DNA of 64,000 nt, taken from Escherichia coli. Its GTDB lineage: Bacteria > Pseudomonadota > Gammaproteobacteria > Enterobacterales > Enterobacteriaceae. The position numbers and the translations under genes were made by a program. Location of the stretch: the NCBI RefSeq assembly GCF_030013205.1, contig NZ_CP122648.1; one strand, written 5' to 3'. The notes below the pieces were generated by a model. The model worked only from the letters and a program-made list of their open reading frames with translations. It ran no database searches and had not been told where the DNA came from. Positions 1 to 10,673 of this stretch are shown piece after piece. Each line of letters starts with the position of its first letter. Position 1 is the stretch's first letter.

Positions 1-951
1 TTTAAGCGGCGCATCAATCGAGAATACCAGCGCAGCTACTTGTCCCAGGGTATTCGCAATGGCATAAATCACCATTAAAGTATTACCCATGTTGTAATAC
101 TCGCCCAGCTTCTGAAAGGCGTAATACTGACCGTTAGTCATTAAGTCATCCGGGATATTACGCGAGTCAAACATCATCCCCATCGCCAGTGAGCCCAGAA
201 TGGCACAAACCGCAACCATCACCGCCAGGCATAACATCCCTTTTGGAAATTCTTTTCCTGGGTTGCGCGTTTGATTAACGTAAGGAGAAATCTTCTCTGC
301 TCCGCCAACCGCGAAAACCAGCATTGAAATAGTGGTAATGTAGGTAAAGTCGATATGAGGAATGAACGTTTCCCAGGTAATGTTTGTGGTCGCAATATGC
401 ACTTCAGTAATTGCAGGCGCGGTTACCGCCATCGCCACATACAGGAGCGACATAACAAACATCGCAATCCCTGCCACAGAACCGACGATTTTCAGCGATT
501 TCATACCGCGTGAAGCAACCCACATAAAGAAGATAAACAGCACCAGCGTTAACCCCTGTAACGCTACGACTGAATATTCTTTGATTAACGAACCGTCGCC
601 TTTCATCGCCCAACCGAGCGCAATCAGTATTGCCTGGGGTTTTTGTGCCAGATAGGGAATATGCACTACCCAGTAGGTCCACGCGGCGAGGTAAGCCAGT
701 CCGGGTCCCATCGTGTGTTTAATCCAGGTACTGACCCCGCCCTTCCCATCTTTGAAGGTCGAGCCTAACTGACCAACAATTAGCGCATAAGGTGTGAAAT
801 AGAGCGCAAAGATAAACACCCATGAAAAAACAACCACCAGCCCCTGGTTGGCGTAGTTATTAACAACGTTGCCAAAACCCCAGACAGTGATAAAAGACAT
901 CAGCGCAATGTTGTACCATCGCAGCTGTTTTTCCTGAACATTCCCAGCCAT
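1..951 (-). CDS. ycaM: APC-family amino acid/polyamine transporter, N-terminal part only (gene continues beyond window start)
   Basis: Reverse-strand ORF with ATG at 951 (MAGNVQEKQLRWYNIALMSF...), multi-TM permease-like sequence; synteny next to ycaD/ycaC/dms. Confidence 0.7.
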   Translation of the reverse strand, partial: MAGNVQEKQLRWYNIALMSFITVWGFGNVVNNYANQGLVVVFSWVFIFALYFTPYALIVGQLGSTFKDGKGGVSTWIKHTMGPGLAYLAAWTYWVVHIPYLAQKPQAILIALGWAMKGDGSLIKEYSVVALQGLTLVLFIFFMWVASRGMKSLKIVGSVAGIAMFVMSLLYVAMAVTAPAITEVHIATTNITWETFIPHIDFTYITTISMLVFAVGGAEKISPYVNQTRNPGKEFPKGMLCLAVMVAVCAILGSLAMGMMFDSRNIPDDLMTNGQYYAFQKLGEYYNMGNTLMVIYAIANTLGQVAALVFSIDAPLK

Positions 952-1160
952 AGACAAATCCTTCGCCAAAATTAAAGGGGCATCTGTAAAACGAGGGATT
1001 ATGCGCGGCAAATAAGAAGTGCGGAAATAGCGAAATGCAAAATTATAACCTGCTGCACATTTTATTTTTAAACGAATAAAATTTGGAATAAAGCAAGTCA
1101 GATAGAAGAAACAAAAAAGCAGAGTGTGAAACAGTAAGTTCACACTCTGCTTGAATTCAT

Positions 1161-2309
1161 TTACACGTGAGCAACGGGTTTCGGCGTATGACCGGCGTTG
1201 CGAAGCAGCATCAGCAAATAGATAAACGATACGCTGGCGATCATGATAAACAATAAATTATCGGAGAAATTCTGCATTAGCATGGCAGTAAATGACGGGC
1301 CAAGCAGACTTCCCACGGTATAGCTCAACAGTAAGGCCTGGTTCATCGCCACCAGTTGATGATGTTCAACTTTCTCGCAAGCCCATGCCATCGCCACCGG
1401 ATATAGCGTAAAGCCAGCGGCACCGAGGATGAATAACGCAGGGGCCATCGCCGCCTGGCTAAGCATCGCGATACTGCCGAGAATGACGACAAAGACCTGA
1501 ACACGCAACACCAGCAGTCGGCCAAACTTATCCGCCAGACGTCCAATCGGCCATTGTCCAAGGATACCCGCACTGACCAGTACCGCCATCCAGAAACCAA
1601 TGCTGGCATTGCTCACCCCTTTGTGATTGAGGTACAGCGGCATCAGGCCATATAGAGATCCCAGAACGATTCCTGAGATAATGCAGCCATTCACGCCAAG
1701 CCGCGCCTGACGGAGTTTTAGCATTGACGTAATTGACGTCGAATCATGCTTTTCAGCCTGCTGATTCAGCACACGCGTAAACAACAGCGGTAAGATCCCT
1801 GCCAACGTCAAACCTGTAACCCACGGCAATACGGACATCAGCTCGGTTGAAACTTTGCTGACCAGTAACTGGCCTAAAAACGTTCCCACGTAATAAACCA
1901 TCATATACGCAGCAAGCAAACGCCCACGGTTACGTGACGTCCCACTGCACATCAGCGCGCTCTCAACAACCACCCAAATCATGGCACAGCCGACGCCGGC
2001 GACAAAACGCCAAGCCAACCAGCTCCAGAATCCAATCATCAGGCCAAGGCCGGCACAGCCAGCGGCAAAAATGAAGGAGGCCAGATAATAGCTGCGGTTA
2101 AAGCCAATGCGCTTAATGACATACCCTGTCAGCAATGTACCGACCAGGTTGCCGGTAAAATAGGATGAGCTGACAACGCCTACCTGCCATGTGGACATAT
2201 GTTCCTGGGCGAGCCAAAGCGGCACGAGTGTATTTAACACTGCGATCGCCAGAGTCAACAAAAGCAGGCCAGACAGCAAAAGCATGACAGGCCGGGTATA
2301 CGTGGACAT
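1161..2309 (-). CDS. ycaD: MFS transporter YcaD
   Basis: 382-aa [21 protein letters not shown]..., 12-TM MFS-like; synteny. Confidence 0.9.
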   Translation of the reverse strand: MSTYTRPVMLLLSGLLLLTLAIAVLNTLVPLWLAQEHMSTWQVGVVSSSYFTGNLVGTLLTGYVIKRIGFNRSYYLASFIFAAGCAGLGLMIGFWSWLAWRFVAGVGCAMIWVVVESALMCSGTSRNRGRLLAAYMMVYYVGTFLGQLLVSKVSTELMSVLPWVTGLTLAGILPLLFTRVLNQQAEKHDSTSITSMLKLRQARLGVNGCIISGIVLGSLYGLMPLYLNHKGVSNASIGFWMAVLVSAGILGQWPIGRLADKFGRLLVLRVQVFVVILGSIAMLSQAAMAPALFILGAAGFTLYPVAMAWACEKVEHHQLVAMNQALLLSYTVGSLLGPSFTAMLMQNFSDNLLFIMIASVSFIYLLMLLRNAGHTPKPVAHV

Positions 2310-2623
2310 GAATTAAAACCGTGAGGAAGTTCAAATTTCATGCGCATCATGCCACCGCCAAAAACATTGTCAATGGGTGAAAATACGCGCATATCGCAGC
2401 GGAGGTATTATCGATTTATATTACTCATTCATAACGCTAATGCTGGAGAGATGATTAATCTCATCTGATTGTTTTTATTGATCTAACACAAATTTCATAC
2501 GCTTCGTTCAGTCGAAAAATTTCATGGTCACAGCAAACTCATATTTCCCGTCTATGCTTTCAGAGCAATGCATCGCGTCTGACCGATTTCAGACGTACCA
2601 CTGACTCTCGAAAGGAGAAGAGG

Positions 2624-3250
2624 ATGACCAAACCGTATGTTCGTCTTGATAAAAATGATGCTGCCGTTTTGCTTGTTGATCACCAGGCTGGTTTACTTTC
2701 CCTTGTACGGGATATCGAACCCGATAAGTTTAAAAATAACGTGCTGGCGCTGGGCGACCTGGCTAAGTATTTCAACTTACCTACTATTCTTACCACCAGT
2801 TTTGAAACCGGTCCTAACGGCCCATTAGTTCCAGAACTGAAAGCACAGTTTCCCGATGCACCTTACATTGCTCGCCCGGGAAATATTAACGCCTGGGATA
2901 ACGAAGATTTTGTAAAAGCTGTCAAAGCGACAGGTAAAAAACAGTTAATTATTGCCGGTGTGGTAACCGAAGTTTGCGTGGCATTCCCGGCGCTTTCAGC
3001 CATTGAAGAAGGGTTTGATGTATTTGTCGTGACTGATGCATCAGGGACCTTTAATGAAATTACCCGGCATTCGGCGTGGGATCGCATGTCGCAAGCTGGT
3101 GCGCAATTGATGACATGGTTCGGCGTGGCTTGCGAGCTGCACCGTGACTGGCGTAATGATATTGAAGGACTGGCGACGTTGTTCTCTAACCACATTCCTG
3201 ATTATCGTAATTTGATGACCAGTTATGACACATTAACGAAGCAGAAATAA
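2624..3250 (+). CDS. ycaC: isochorismatase-family hydrolase YcaC
   Basis: 208-aa ORF MTKPYVRLDKNDAAVLLVDHQAG..., cysteine hydrolase family. Confidence 0.9.
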   Translation: MTKPYVRLDKNDAAVLLVDHQAGLLSLVRDIEPDKFKNNVLALGDLAKYFNLPTILTTSFETGPNGPLVPELKAQFPDAPYIARPGNINAWDNEDFVKAVKATGKKQLIIAGVVTEVCVAFPALSAIEEGFDVFVVTDASGTFNEITRHSAWDRMSQAGAQLMTWFGVACELHRDWRNDIEGLATLFSNHIPDYRNLMTSYDTLTKQK

Positions 3251-3285
3251 AAGAGAACCGGGGTCGAAACCCCGGTTGTTACTGA

Positions 3286-4149
3286 TTAGCTTGCGACGGC
3301 CATCCCCACGGTCATATGCAAACCATAGAATACGCCGCGGCCGATTAATTCTCCTGCCAGAAGCAGAATGAATGAGACGGATAGTAGCGGAACCGCAGGC
3401 TGATAACCTTTTAGCTGTGGTGCAATCCACAAACACAGGGCAACAGCCAAAAGCACGATCCGCCAGGACATCAGCGCACCATAGTCCGGCACCAGCGCTG
3501 CGGCCTGCTGCACAGAACTATGAATAGTCGCCAGCTCTGCGCCCTGCATCACTGACATCACGCCACTCACTACCAGTGCCAGTACAGAAATGGCTGGCAG
3601 CAGACGCATCGCCCAGCCATCGACGCCAGCCAGACTCAGCAACAGGTAACCCAGTAACGGGCCGCCCATGAACATCGTCAGGAAGAAGCCCATCGGTGTC
3701 CAGATGCTGTACCAGGTGGGTACGGTATCGATGCTGTTATAGACACGCACCATCATCCAGACAAAGATGACGCCAAGAACCATCGTCACCACCAGCCACA
3801 GCGTACGCAATGCCGGTGACAGCTTTTTCAGCATTGCCAGTAACCAGCCGATGCCACCAACAGCAAAAAAGATGGAACCGCTGGCGATTTCGTTACTGAG
3901 TGCTGAAGCCCCTACCCGGTTGAGCGAGTTAAAGGCGCGCATCGGTGAACCAAGATGAAGCATAGAGGCGATAAAGCCAATGCCCATCAGCACCCATAAA
4001 CCAAACATGCAGGCAATAACACGCTGCTGGGCTTCTGCTCGCAGGTCGCCTTTGAGCAGCGCCAAAGCCAGAACGATAAAACCACCTGCTACACATTGCC
4101 CGAAGACCGTGAAGATCATCAGCGGCCATTCATGCCATCCACTTCCCAT
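3286..4149 (-). CDS. dmsC: DMSO reductase membrane anchor subunit
   Basis: ORF 3286..4212 trimmed to ATG at 4149 (MGSGWHEWPLMIF...), 287 aa, polytopic membrane protein directly downstream of dmsB. Confidence 0.9.
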   Translation of the reverse strand: MGSGWHEWPLMIFTVFGQCVAGGFIVLALALLKGDLRAEAQQRVIACMFGLWVLMGIGFIASMLHLGSPMRAFNSLNRVGASALSNEIASGSIFFAVGGIGWLLAMLKKLSPALRTLWLVVTMVLGVIFVWMMVRVYNSIDTVPTWYSIWTPMGFFLTMFMGGPLLGYLLLSLAGVDGWAMRLLPAISVLALVVSGVMSVMQGAELATIHSSVQQAAALVPDYGALMSWRIVLLAVALCLWIAPQLKGYQPAVPLLSVSFILLLAGELIGRGVFYGLHMTVGMAVAS

Positions 4150-4150
4150 C

Positions 4151-4768
4151 TCACACCTCCTTCGGGTTTGCCAGATAGCCAGTGGTATCCCCGGTCGGGC
4201 GGCTGTTGGCATTGGGTTTGATCACAATATTCGGTTTGGTAAAGTGAGCTCGCGGCAACGGCGCAACAGCCGCCAGATCGCCATGTTTTTTACGCAGCTC
4301 GTCGATAGGGCCGAAATCCAGCGCCCGCAGCGGGCAGGATTCTACGCAGATCGGTTTTTTCCCCTCCGCAACACGGTCATAACAACCATCGCATTTGGTC
4401 ATATGGCCTTTCGTTTCGTTATATTGCGGTGCGCCGTACGGGCAAGCCATATGGCAGTAACGGCAGCCAATGCACACATCTTCATCGACCACAACAAAAC
4501 CATCTTCACGTTTATGCATCGCACCGCTCGGGCAGACTTTAGTACAAGCCGGATCTTCGCAGTGGTTACATGAAATCGACAGATAGTAGGCAAACACGTT
4601 CTGATGCCAGACACCGTTATCTTCCTGCCAGTCACCGCCAGCATATTCATAAATGCGGCGGAAGCTGACTTCCGGCGTCAGATCTTTATAGTCTTTACAG
4701 GCCAGCTCGCATGTTTTGCAACCGGTGCAACGGCTGGAATCAATAAAAAATCCATACTGGGTTGTCAT
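4151..4768 (-). CDS. dmsB: DMSO reductase iron-sulfur subunit
   Basis: 205-aa ORF with four Cys clusters (CxxCxxCxxxCP), ferredoxin-type. Confidence 0.93.
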   Translation of the reverse strand: MTTQYGFFIDSSRCTGCKTCELACKDYKDLTPEVSFRRIYEYAGGDWQEDNGVWHQNVFAYYLSISCNHCEDPACTKVCPSGAMHKREDGFVVVDEDVCIGCRYCHMACPYGAPQYNETKGHMTKCDGCYDRVAEGKKPICVESCPLRALDFGPIDELRKKHGDLAAVAPLPRAHFTKPNIVIKPNANSRPTGDTTGYLANPKEV

Positions 4769-4778
4769 CGGTTACTCC

Positions 4779-7223
4779 TTACACCTTTTCAACCTGAACA
4801 AGGTTTGTATGTGACGGATTCCCCTTAGCGAGAGGAGACGGACGTTGAGTGGTCAGTACGTTGATACAACCGCCCTTATCGACACGTTTTGCATCCGGGT
4901 CATACCAGGCACCTTCACCCAGTGCGACCACACCCGGCATCATTCGTGGCGTCACTTTCGCCTCAATATGAACTTCACCACGGTCATTAAAGATCCTGAC
5001 ATTATCGCCGTTGTTGATACCGCGTTTTTGTGCATCAAGCGGGTTGATCCACATTTCCTGACGGCAAGCTGCTTTCAGCACATCAACGTTGCCGTAAGTT
5101 GAGTGAACGCGAGATTTGTAGTGGAAGCCAGTAAGCTGCAGCGGATATTGTTTGTTCAGCGGATCCTGATAACTTTCAAAGCCCGGCGTATAGATCGGCA
5201 GTGGATCGATCACATCGCCTTCTGGCAATTCCCAGGTCACGGCAATGTCAGCCAGCGCCTGCGAATAAATCTCAATTTTACCCGATGGCGTGGTCAGTGG
5301 ATTTGCCTGAGGATCTTCACGGAAAGCTTTATAAGCAACGTGGTGCCCTTGTGGGTCGCGCTTTTTAAAGATCCCCTGCTTGCGGAACTCTTCAAACGTT
5401 GGCAGTTCAGGAATCGCTTCCCGCGACTGGGCATACAGATGCCGCATCCACTCTTCCTGTGTACGGCCTTCAGTAAACTGTTGCTCAACGCCAAGACGTT
5501 TTGCCAGTTCGCTGGTCATTTCATAGATGGTCTTACATTCAAAGCGCGGTTTAATCACCTGATCGTTGAAAATCACGTAAGACATATTCCCGCAGGATGC
5601 ATCCAGTGCAAAGTCCATCTGTTCGGAAGCGGTGCAGTCAGGCAGCAGGATGTCAGCATATTTCGCTGATGAGGTCATGTGGCAGTCGATAACCACAATC
5701 AGCTCGCACTTCTTATCATCCTGAAGGATTTCATGGGTACGGTTGATTTCAGAATGCTGGTTAATCAGGCAGTTACCGGCATAGTTCCAGATCATTTTGA
5801 TCGGCACATCCAGCTTATCTTTCCCGCGCACACCATCACGCAGCGCTGTCATTTCCGGGCCACGTTCAATGGCATCGGTCCACATAAACATCGAAATGCT
5901 GGTCTGGATCGGGTTTTCGAGGGTCGGCATACGGACAAACGGTAAGCTGTATGAACCTTCACGCGCGCCGCTGTTGCCTCCGTTAATACCAACGTTACCG
6001 GTCAGAATCGCCAGCATCGAGATAGCACGGGTTGCGATTTCACCGTTAGCGTGACGCTGCGGGCCCCATCCCTGGCTGATGAACGCCGGTTTGGTACTAC
6101 CGATTTCACGAGCCAATTTGATGATTTTGTCTGCCGGAACACCGGTGATTTGCGAGGCCCATTCCGGCGTTTTAGCCACGCCATCTGGCCCTTCACCCAG
6201 AATATAAGCTTTATAGTGACCATTTTTCGGCGCACTGGCTGGCAGTGTTTTCTCGTCGTAGCCAACGCAATATTTATCGAGGAATGCCTGATCCACCAGG
6301 TTTTCGGTGATCATGACATACGCCAGACCGTTAACCAGTGCGGCATCTGTTCCCGGACGAATAGGGATCCACTCATCTTCGCGCCCGGCACCGGTGTCGG
6401 TATAGCGCGGATCGATGATGATCATGCGAGCATTAGATTTCTGGCGCGCCTGTTCAAGATAGTAAGTCACCCCACCGCCACTCATTCGCGTTTCGCCAGG
6501 GTTATTACCAAACAGCACTACCAGTTTACTGTTTTCGATATCCGACGGGCTGTTACCATCTGCCCAGCCGCCGTAGGTATAGTTCAAACCTTCCGCAATT
6601 TGCGCGGAAGAGTAGTCACCGTAATGGTTCAGATAACCGCCGCAGCAGTTCATCAGGCGAGCGACCAGGGTATTTCCCGGCGGCCAGGAGCGGGTCATGG
6701 TGCCACCCAGCGTACCGGTGCCATAGTTCAGATAGATGGATTCGTTGCCGTACTCTTTGATCAGGCGCTGCATATTGGTCGCGATGATGTCGTAGGCTTC
6801 TTCCCAGCTAATGCGCTCGAATTTGCCTTCACCGCGCGCCCCGACTCGTTTCATCGGATATTTCAGGCGGTCCGGATTGTAGACACGGCGACGCATGGAA
6901 CGCCCACGCAGACAGGCGCGCACCTGGTGCAGGCCGTCATAGTTGTCATCGCCGGTATTATCCGTTTCAACATATTTAATTTCACCGTCCACAACGTGCA
7001 TACGTAGCGGGCAGCGACTACCACAGTTAACTGTACAGGCGCTCCAGATAACCTTTTCGTCTGATTTTGTTGGAATGGCGCTATCGACAGCGTGCGCAAT
7101 CCGACTAAAAGGTAATGTTAACGCGCTGCTTGCCATTGCCAGGCCGCCGATCGCTGTCGTTTTTACCAAACCACGGCGACTCACCTCAGCAGCCAATACC
7201 GCATCAGGGATTTTCGTTTTCAT
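4779..7223 (-). CDS. dmsA: DMSO reductase catalytic molybdopterin subunit with Tat signal
   Basis: 814-aa ORF, N-terminal SRRGLVK twin-arginine motif, molybdopterin oxidoreductase family. Confidence 0.95.
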   Translation of the reverse strand: MKTKIPDAVLAAEVSRRGLVKTTAIGGLAMASSALTLPFSRIAHAVDSAIPTKSDEKVIWSACTVNCGSRCPLRMHVVDGEIKYVETDNTGDDNYDGLHQVRACLRGRSMRRRVYNPDRLKYPMKRVGARGEGKFERISWEEAYDIIATNMQRLIKEYGNESIYLNYGTGTLGGTMTRSWPPGNTLVARLMNCCGGYLNHYGDYSSAQIAEGLNYTYGGWADGNSPSDIENSKLVVLFGNNPGETRMSGGGVTYYLEQARQKSNARMIIIDPRYTDTGAGREDEWIPIRPGTDAALVNGLAYVMITENLVDQAFLDKYCVGYDEKTLPASAPKNGHYKAYILGEGPDGVAKTPEWASQITGVPADKIIKLAREIGSTKPAFISQGWGPQRHANGEIATRAISMLAILTGNVGINGGNSGAREGSYSLPFVRMPTLENPIQTSISMFMWTDAIERGPEMTALRDGVRGKDKLDVPIKMIWNYAGNCLINQHSEINRTHEILQDDKKCELIVVIDCHMTSSAKYADILLPDCTASEQMDFALDASCGNMSYVIFNDQVIKPRFECKTIYEMTSELAKRLGVEQQFTEGRTQEEWMRHLYAQSREAIPELPTFEEFRKQGIFKKRDPQGHHVAYKAFREDPQANPLTTPSGKIEIYSQALADIAVTWELPEGDVIDPLPIYTPGFESYQDPLNKQYPLQLTGFHYKSRVHSTYGNVDVLKAACRQEMWINPLDAQKRGINNGDNVRIFNDRGEVHIEAKVTPRMMPGVVALGEGAWYDPDAKRVDKGGCINVLTTQRPSPLAKGNPSHTNLVQVEKV

Positions 7224-7393
7224 AATGGCTCACTCAAGCTTGCTCACGATTGATTCCAGTAACAAACCGTATTGTGTAATTATTTCTATAGCAGGTCGCT
7301 ATATAGGCTTGTATACATCGAATAATTTGAAAATCAAAGAGATAGGTAGATTTTCACTCGAAAGTAGTATTACGTGTAAGTGAGGAGTAATTA

Positions 7394-7407
7394 TTGTTCG
7401 GTATCAA
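7394..7407. promoter_or_regulatory. FNR-like box TTGTT-N4-ATCAA upstream of dmsA
   Basis: Sequence ttgttcggtatcaa, one mismatch to the TTGAT-N4-ATCAA consensus; dmsABC is known to be FNR-activated. Confidence 0.4.
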
Positions 7408-7419
7408 AGGGAGACAAAA

Positions 7420-7439
7420 AAAGCGCCCGCAGGCGCTTT
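7420..7439. repeat. 20-bp direct repeat aaagcgcccgcaggcgcttt, putative attL core of the P2-like prophage
   Basis: Identical 20-mer occurs again at 28470..28489; together they bracket all phage genes. Confidence 0.55.
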
Positions 7440-7522
7440 AACGTTTCTTGCTCCCCCTGATGATTTACTTATTTTTCAACGAATAAGCCAAAACAGGGGG
7501 AACAAATTAACACAAATTATAA

Positions 7523-8515
7523 CTAATCGATGGACAGTTTATGGACACTTTCAGCCAGCGGATTAAAGTTGATCGCGTCCTGTAAGAAGTCCGGCGAAAA
7601 ATGAGCGTACGTCATTGTTTGCTGAATCGTTGCGTGCCCCAGGATTCGTTGCAACGTAACAATATTTCCGCCATTCATCATAAAGTGTGTGGCAAATGTA
7701 TGACGCATGACATGCGTAGCCTGCCCCTTCGGCAAATCCGGTTTCACCTCCTGAAGAATCTCCCGGAACTTCAGATAATCAACCTGATACAATAACCCCG
7801 TTCGACGGGTTTTAATCAGAGGCACGACCGAATCCGCCACAGGAACCGAACGGGATTTTCCGTTTTTGGTGTTAAAGAACGTCACCCGGTTGCCAACGAT
7901 ATGCTCTCCACGTAGTTCCGATGCTTCACTCCATCGGGCACCAGTAGAAAGACACAGAATGGCAACACGACGCGCATCACCCTCCAGTCGCTCAAGAAGC
8001 CGTTCAATCTCATCATCAGAAAGAAAGGCCATCTCTGTGTTCTGAACTTTCAGTTTTCGTATACCGCGTACAGGGTTCGCGTTGTGAAAGACCTCAGCTT
8101 CAATCAGCACCGTGAACATGGTAGACAGTACGCATAAGTCACGATTAATACTGGACGGCATTAATCCGGCCTGTAATTTCTCTGACCGATATTCAAGCAT
8201 AAATTTTCGCGTCATCTGACTGGCGCGAGGATCTCCCATTTCACGAACAACCTTCCCTAGCCTAACCCTGTAGCTATCCCCGTAAGCCTGATTACGCCCA
8301 TCAAGCATCCACCACGCATCAAGCAGCTCTGATAATCGCCGCTGATCAGCTGGCTTAGCCTGCCATGGCTTGTCATGAAAGTTCTGTAACACATACTTCT
8401 CAAACTCCTGAGCCTTTGATTTCAGGGCAAAGATTTTTCGAATCCGCTTTCCTTCCGCCCCCTGCGGTCTGACATCGACCTGATAACGTCCGTCTTTGAG
8501 TTGCTTAATCGACAT
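7523..8515 (-). CDS. int: P2-type tyrosine integrase
   Basis: Strong similarity to P2 Int as I recall it (SIKQLKDGRY..., LCLSTGARW, HxxRHTFATH, YAHF); ATG at 8515 with GGAGG RBS; the track start at 8530 is TTG. Confidence 0.9.
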   Translation of the reverse strand: MSIKQLKDGRYQVDVRPQGAEGKRIRKIFALKSKAQEFEKYVLQNFHDKPWQAKPADQRRLSELLDAWWMLDGRNQAYGDSYRVRLGKVVREMGDPRASQMTRKFMLEYRSEKLQAGLMPSSINRDLCVLSTMFTVLIEAEVFHNANPVRGIRKLKVQNTEMAFLSDDEIERLLERLEGDARRVAILCLSTGARWSEASELRGEHIVGNRVTFFNTKNGKSRSVPVADSVVPLIKTRRTGLLYQVDYLKFREILQEVKPDLPKGQATHVMRHTFATHFMMNGGNIVTLQRILGHATIQQTMTYAHFSPDFLQDAINFNPLAESVHKLSID

Positions 8516-8584
8516 GATTAGCCCCTCCAACGGATAAATTAACTAAACACTCCTTGCGATATGTAATTCGCTCAATGTGTAGAG

Positions 8585-8926
8585 TCAGCCAACATTGCGG
8601 CCTGATCGGGGTGATTTTTGGGTAATACCGATTGAAACCTGATCGCCCTCCGACTGAATAGATCCATCAAGAGAGAGAGCCGGAGCAATCTGCCCGGCGA
8701 CAGGTAGCGTCTTATCTTTTATTAGCCACAGCATGTATTTTTCAAAGCGATCGACTTGCAGAACCGCCTCAACGATTTTTGCTCTAGCGTTCTTTTGCCC
8801 CGATTCGTAATTCCTTATGGTTGCCAAAGACAACCCAGTAATATCCGCAAACTGCTTTTGTGTTAACCCTTCCGCCTTACGTATCTGACGTAACTTTTTT
8901 GCATAGTCTATTGACAAGATAACCAT
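8585..8926 (-). CDS. phage immunity repressor (CI/C-type, XRE HTH)
   Basis: HTH LTQKQFADITGLSLATIRNYESG; ATG at 8926 preferred over the TTG at 8980; leftward next to int as in P2/186. Confidence 0.7.
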   Translation of the reverse strand: MVILSIDYAKKLRQIRKAEGLTQKQFADITGLSLATIRNYESGQKNARAKIVEAVLQVDRFEKYMLWLIKDKTLPVAGQIAPALSLDGSIQSEGDQVSIGITQKSPRSGRNVG

Positions 8927-8947
8927 TTGAGTATTAACCTCTCGCAC

Positions 8948-8971
8948 AAAGATAACCGTTTGATTATCTTT
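8948..8971. promoter_or_regulatory. inverted repeat aaagataa-N8-ttatcttt in the repressor/early switch region
   Basis: Perfect 8-bp arms between the repressor start and the first rightward gene; candidate operator. Confidence 0.35.
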
Positions 8972-9030
8972 ACAAACCAAAACAAACCATCACAAGGCGC
9001 GACAAGCGCACCAACGCAAGAGGATAACAA

Positions 9031-9552
9031 ATGCGGGACTTCATTGCCGATAAAGAGTTATCTGACCACCAACCACTTCAGGAAAGTGACGCACTCAGCG
9101 GATCCATTGATGCCGCCAACGACGACGAACACGAAGAAAACAAGAAAAAGCGTTCCTACAAAAAAGGAGCGACTTTACGGCTGGATGGTCCGATCGCCGG
9201 GCTTTGCTCTCTGGAAAAAGGCGCGGCATATATTGGGCTAACAAAATCTGCACTGCGCGTAGCCATTCATCGCGGTCAAATGCCGGGACACAAGACGCGC
9301 ACAAACCCGGAAGATGAAAACTCAGACGGAGTATGGTGGTTTAACGCCAAAGAGTGGGACGCACTGGCTGACGAGCTACCGGAACTTGAGCCACCAGAAT
9401 GGCACAACTGGAAAAGTTACTGGACGTATGACCGCCAGAAAAGAAAGTTCTTTCCAGCTAATAAAGAAGACTGCCAGACCATTAACGGTAAGCGAGTTTA
9501 TACAGGCAGAAGCTCAAAACTGAACCAACTCAGAAACAACAGAGGCAACTAA
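9031..9552 (+). CDS. first rightward early gene, possible Cox/Apl-like HTH regulator (unusually long)
   Basis: ATG with GAGGA RBS; HTH-like stretch IGLTKSALRVAIHRGQMPG; occupies the position of cox/apl. Confidence 0.35.
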   Translation: MRDFIADKELSDHQPLQESDALSGSIDAANDDEHEENKKKRSYKKGATLRLDGPIAGLCSLEKGAAYIGLTKSALRVAIHRGQMPGHKTRTNPEDENSDGVWWFNAKEWDALADELPELEPPEWHNWKSYWTYDRQKRKFFPANKEDCQTINGKRVYTGRSSKLNQLRNNRGN

Positions 9553-9556
9553 TCGT

Positions 9557-9979
9557 ATGAAAACAAACACGTCAGATTTCACAATAACTATTTCAAAAAA
9601 TGACCAAGCATTAATTGATAACCTGAAATACCTTGCGGAAAAACATAATAACGGACGAATTGCAATTAATTTACGACACATCACAGGAGTAACAATTGTA
9701 ACCAGTTACTGGCATCTATATCTAATCGCTAAATCAGTACTGGAAAACAAAGATTCTGTTGTCAATGGAAGAGATGTAGATACTCTTCCTGCACAAATCA
9801 AACCGATAGCCTATCAATTGCGTAATCGTTTTAAAAATGAAGGTGGGATTATATTTGACTTTCCCGCAGCTGTAGCCGTGAGCTTCTCTCGGGAGGATAT
9901 ACTTCACTCATTTCGTTTTGCTCTATCAGGTGACGAGACATTATGGCAGCTAGAAGATGCCGGGAGCAGCCCGGCATAA
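9557..9979 (+). CDS. hypothetical protein, AT-rich gene
   Basis: 140-aa ORF, visibly AT-rich relative to neighbours. Confidence 0.45.
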   Translation: MKTNTSDFTITISKNDQALIDNLKYLAEKHNNGRIAINLRHITGVTIVTSYWHLYLIAKSVLENKDSVVNGRDVDTLPAQIKPIAYQLRNRFKNEGGIIFDFPAAVAVSFSREDILHSFRFALSGDETLWQLEDAGSSPA

Positions 9980-9985
9980 ATCAAA

Positions 9986-10177
9986 TTAAAAATCAACCAG
10001 TTGTGTGACAGGTGGGTATTTACGCTGAATTTTGTCAGTTACTAACGCCAGTAATATATGAATCTCTGCGTTTAATGCGTCTTTATCACCCGTCGTTTTT
10101 ACCCTAGGAGGGTTAATGTTATCCAGAGCAGCACTAAGGTCACTCAACAAATTAACAACTTTTTTATCTTCTGACAT
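9986..10177 (-). CDS. hypothetical small protein, lone reverse-strand gene
   Basis: 63-aa ORF with GAGG RBS 5 nt upstream of its start; convergent with the 140-aa gene. Confidence 0.35.
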   Translation of the reverse strand: MSEDKKVVNLLSDLSAALDNINPPRVKTTGDKDALNAEIHILLALVTDKIQRKYPPVTQLVDF

Positions 10178-10312
10178 GAAAACCTCTAAACAATTTAATT
10201 AAACATAAGCCAGGACCTGAACCGGCCAGTCCAAGTCCTAGACACACAAAAAATACCACAAATCAATACAAGGTGACACGAGTACACCTTACCGAAGGTA
10301 CAGAGTTTTAAT

Positions 10313-10663
10313 ATGAAACTACAGCGCAATTCTTCACAGCCGCGCTTCCGCAACGGTGCGGAACGCCACGCTAACCGTTTCGCTACCAGTGCATCACGTA
10401 GCAACTCTCGCTACAGCCTGAGCGAAACACACGCAACGCCGGATGGCTACCCAGTAAAACAAATCGGCGAGCATACCTGGCTGATTGAGAAAGCTGGAAT
10501 TGTGGTCCACAAATGCCCACGCAATCCGTTTACCGGAAACCGCATTTTTGCATTGAGCTGCGGCGACAATCAGTTCGGGCAGGATTTCACATTATACGAA
10601 GCACTTCGCACGGTTGATCGTCTGCTTCGCGGGCAAAGTTTTATTAAACAGGCTGATTTATAA
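10313..10663 (+). CDS. hypothetical protein
   Basis: 116-aa ORF in rightward gene block. Confidence 0.45.
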   Translation: MKLQRNSSQPRFRNGAERHANRFATSASRSNSRYSLSETHATPDGYPVKQIGEHTWLIEKAGIVVHKCPRNPFTGNRIFALSCGDNQFGQDFTLYEALRTVDRLLRGQSFIKQADL

Positions 10664-10673
10664 CAGGTGCGTT

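Noticed and set aside
6051-7007. 318-aa plus-strand ORF, with other long antisense ORFs at 5103..5669 and 5797..6054
   Set aside because: Lie entirely antisense within dmsA, whose identity is unambiguous; typical spurious antisense frames.
8927-8980. Track start codons at 8980 (repressor) and 8530 (integrase), plus those of several other track ORFs
   Set aside because: These positions are TTG or GTG on inspection; nearby in-frame ATG codons with better RBS spacing were used (8926, 8515, 48073, 53642, 15247, 57449).
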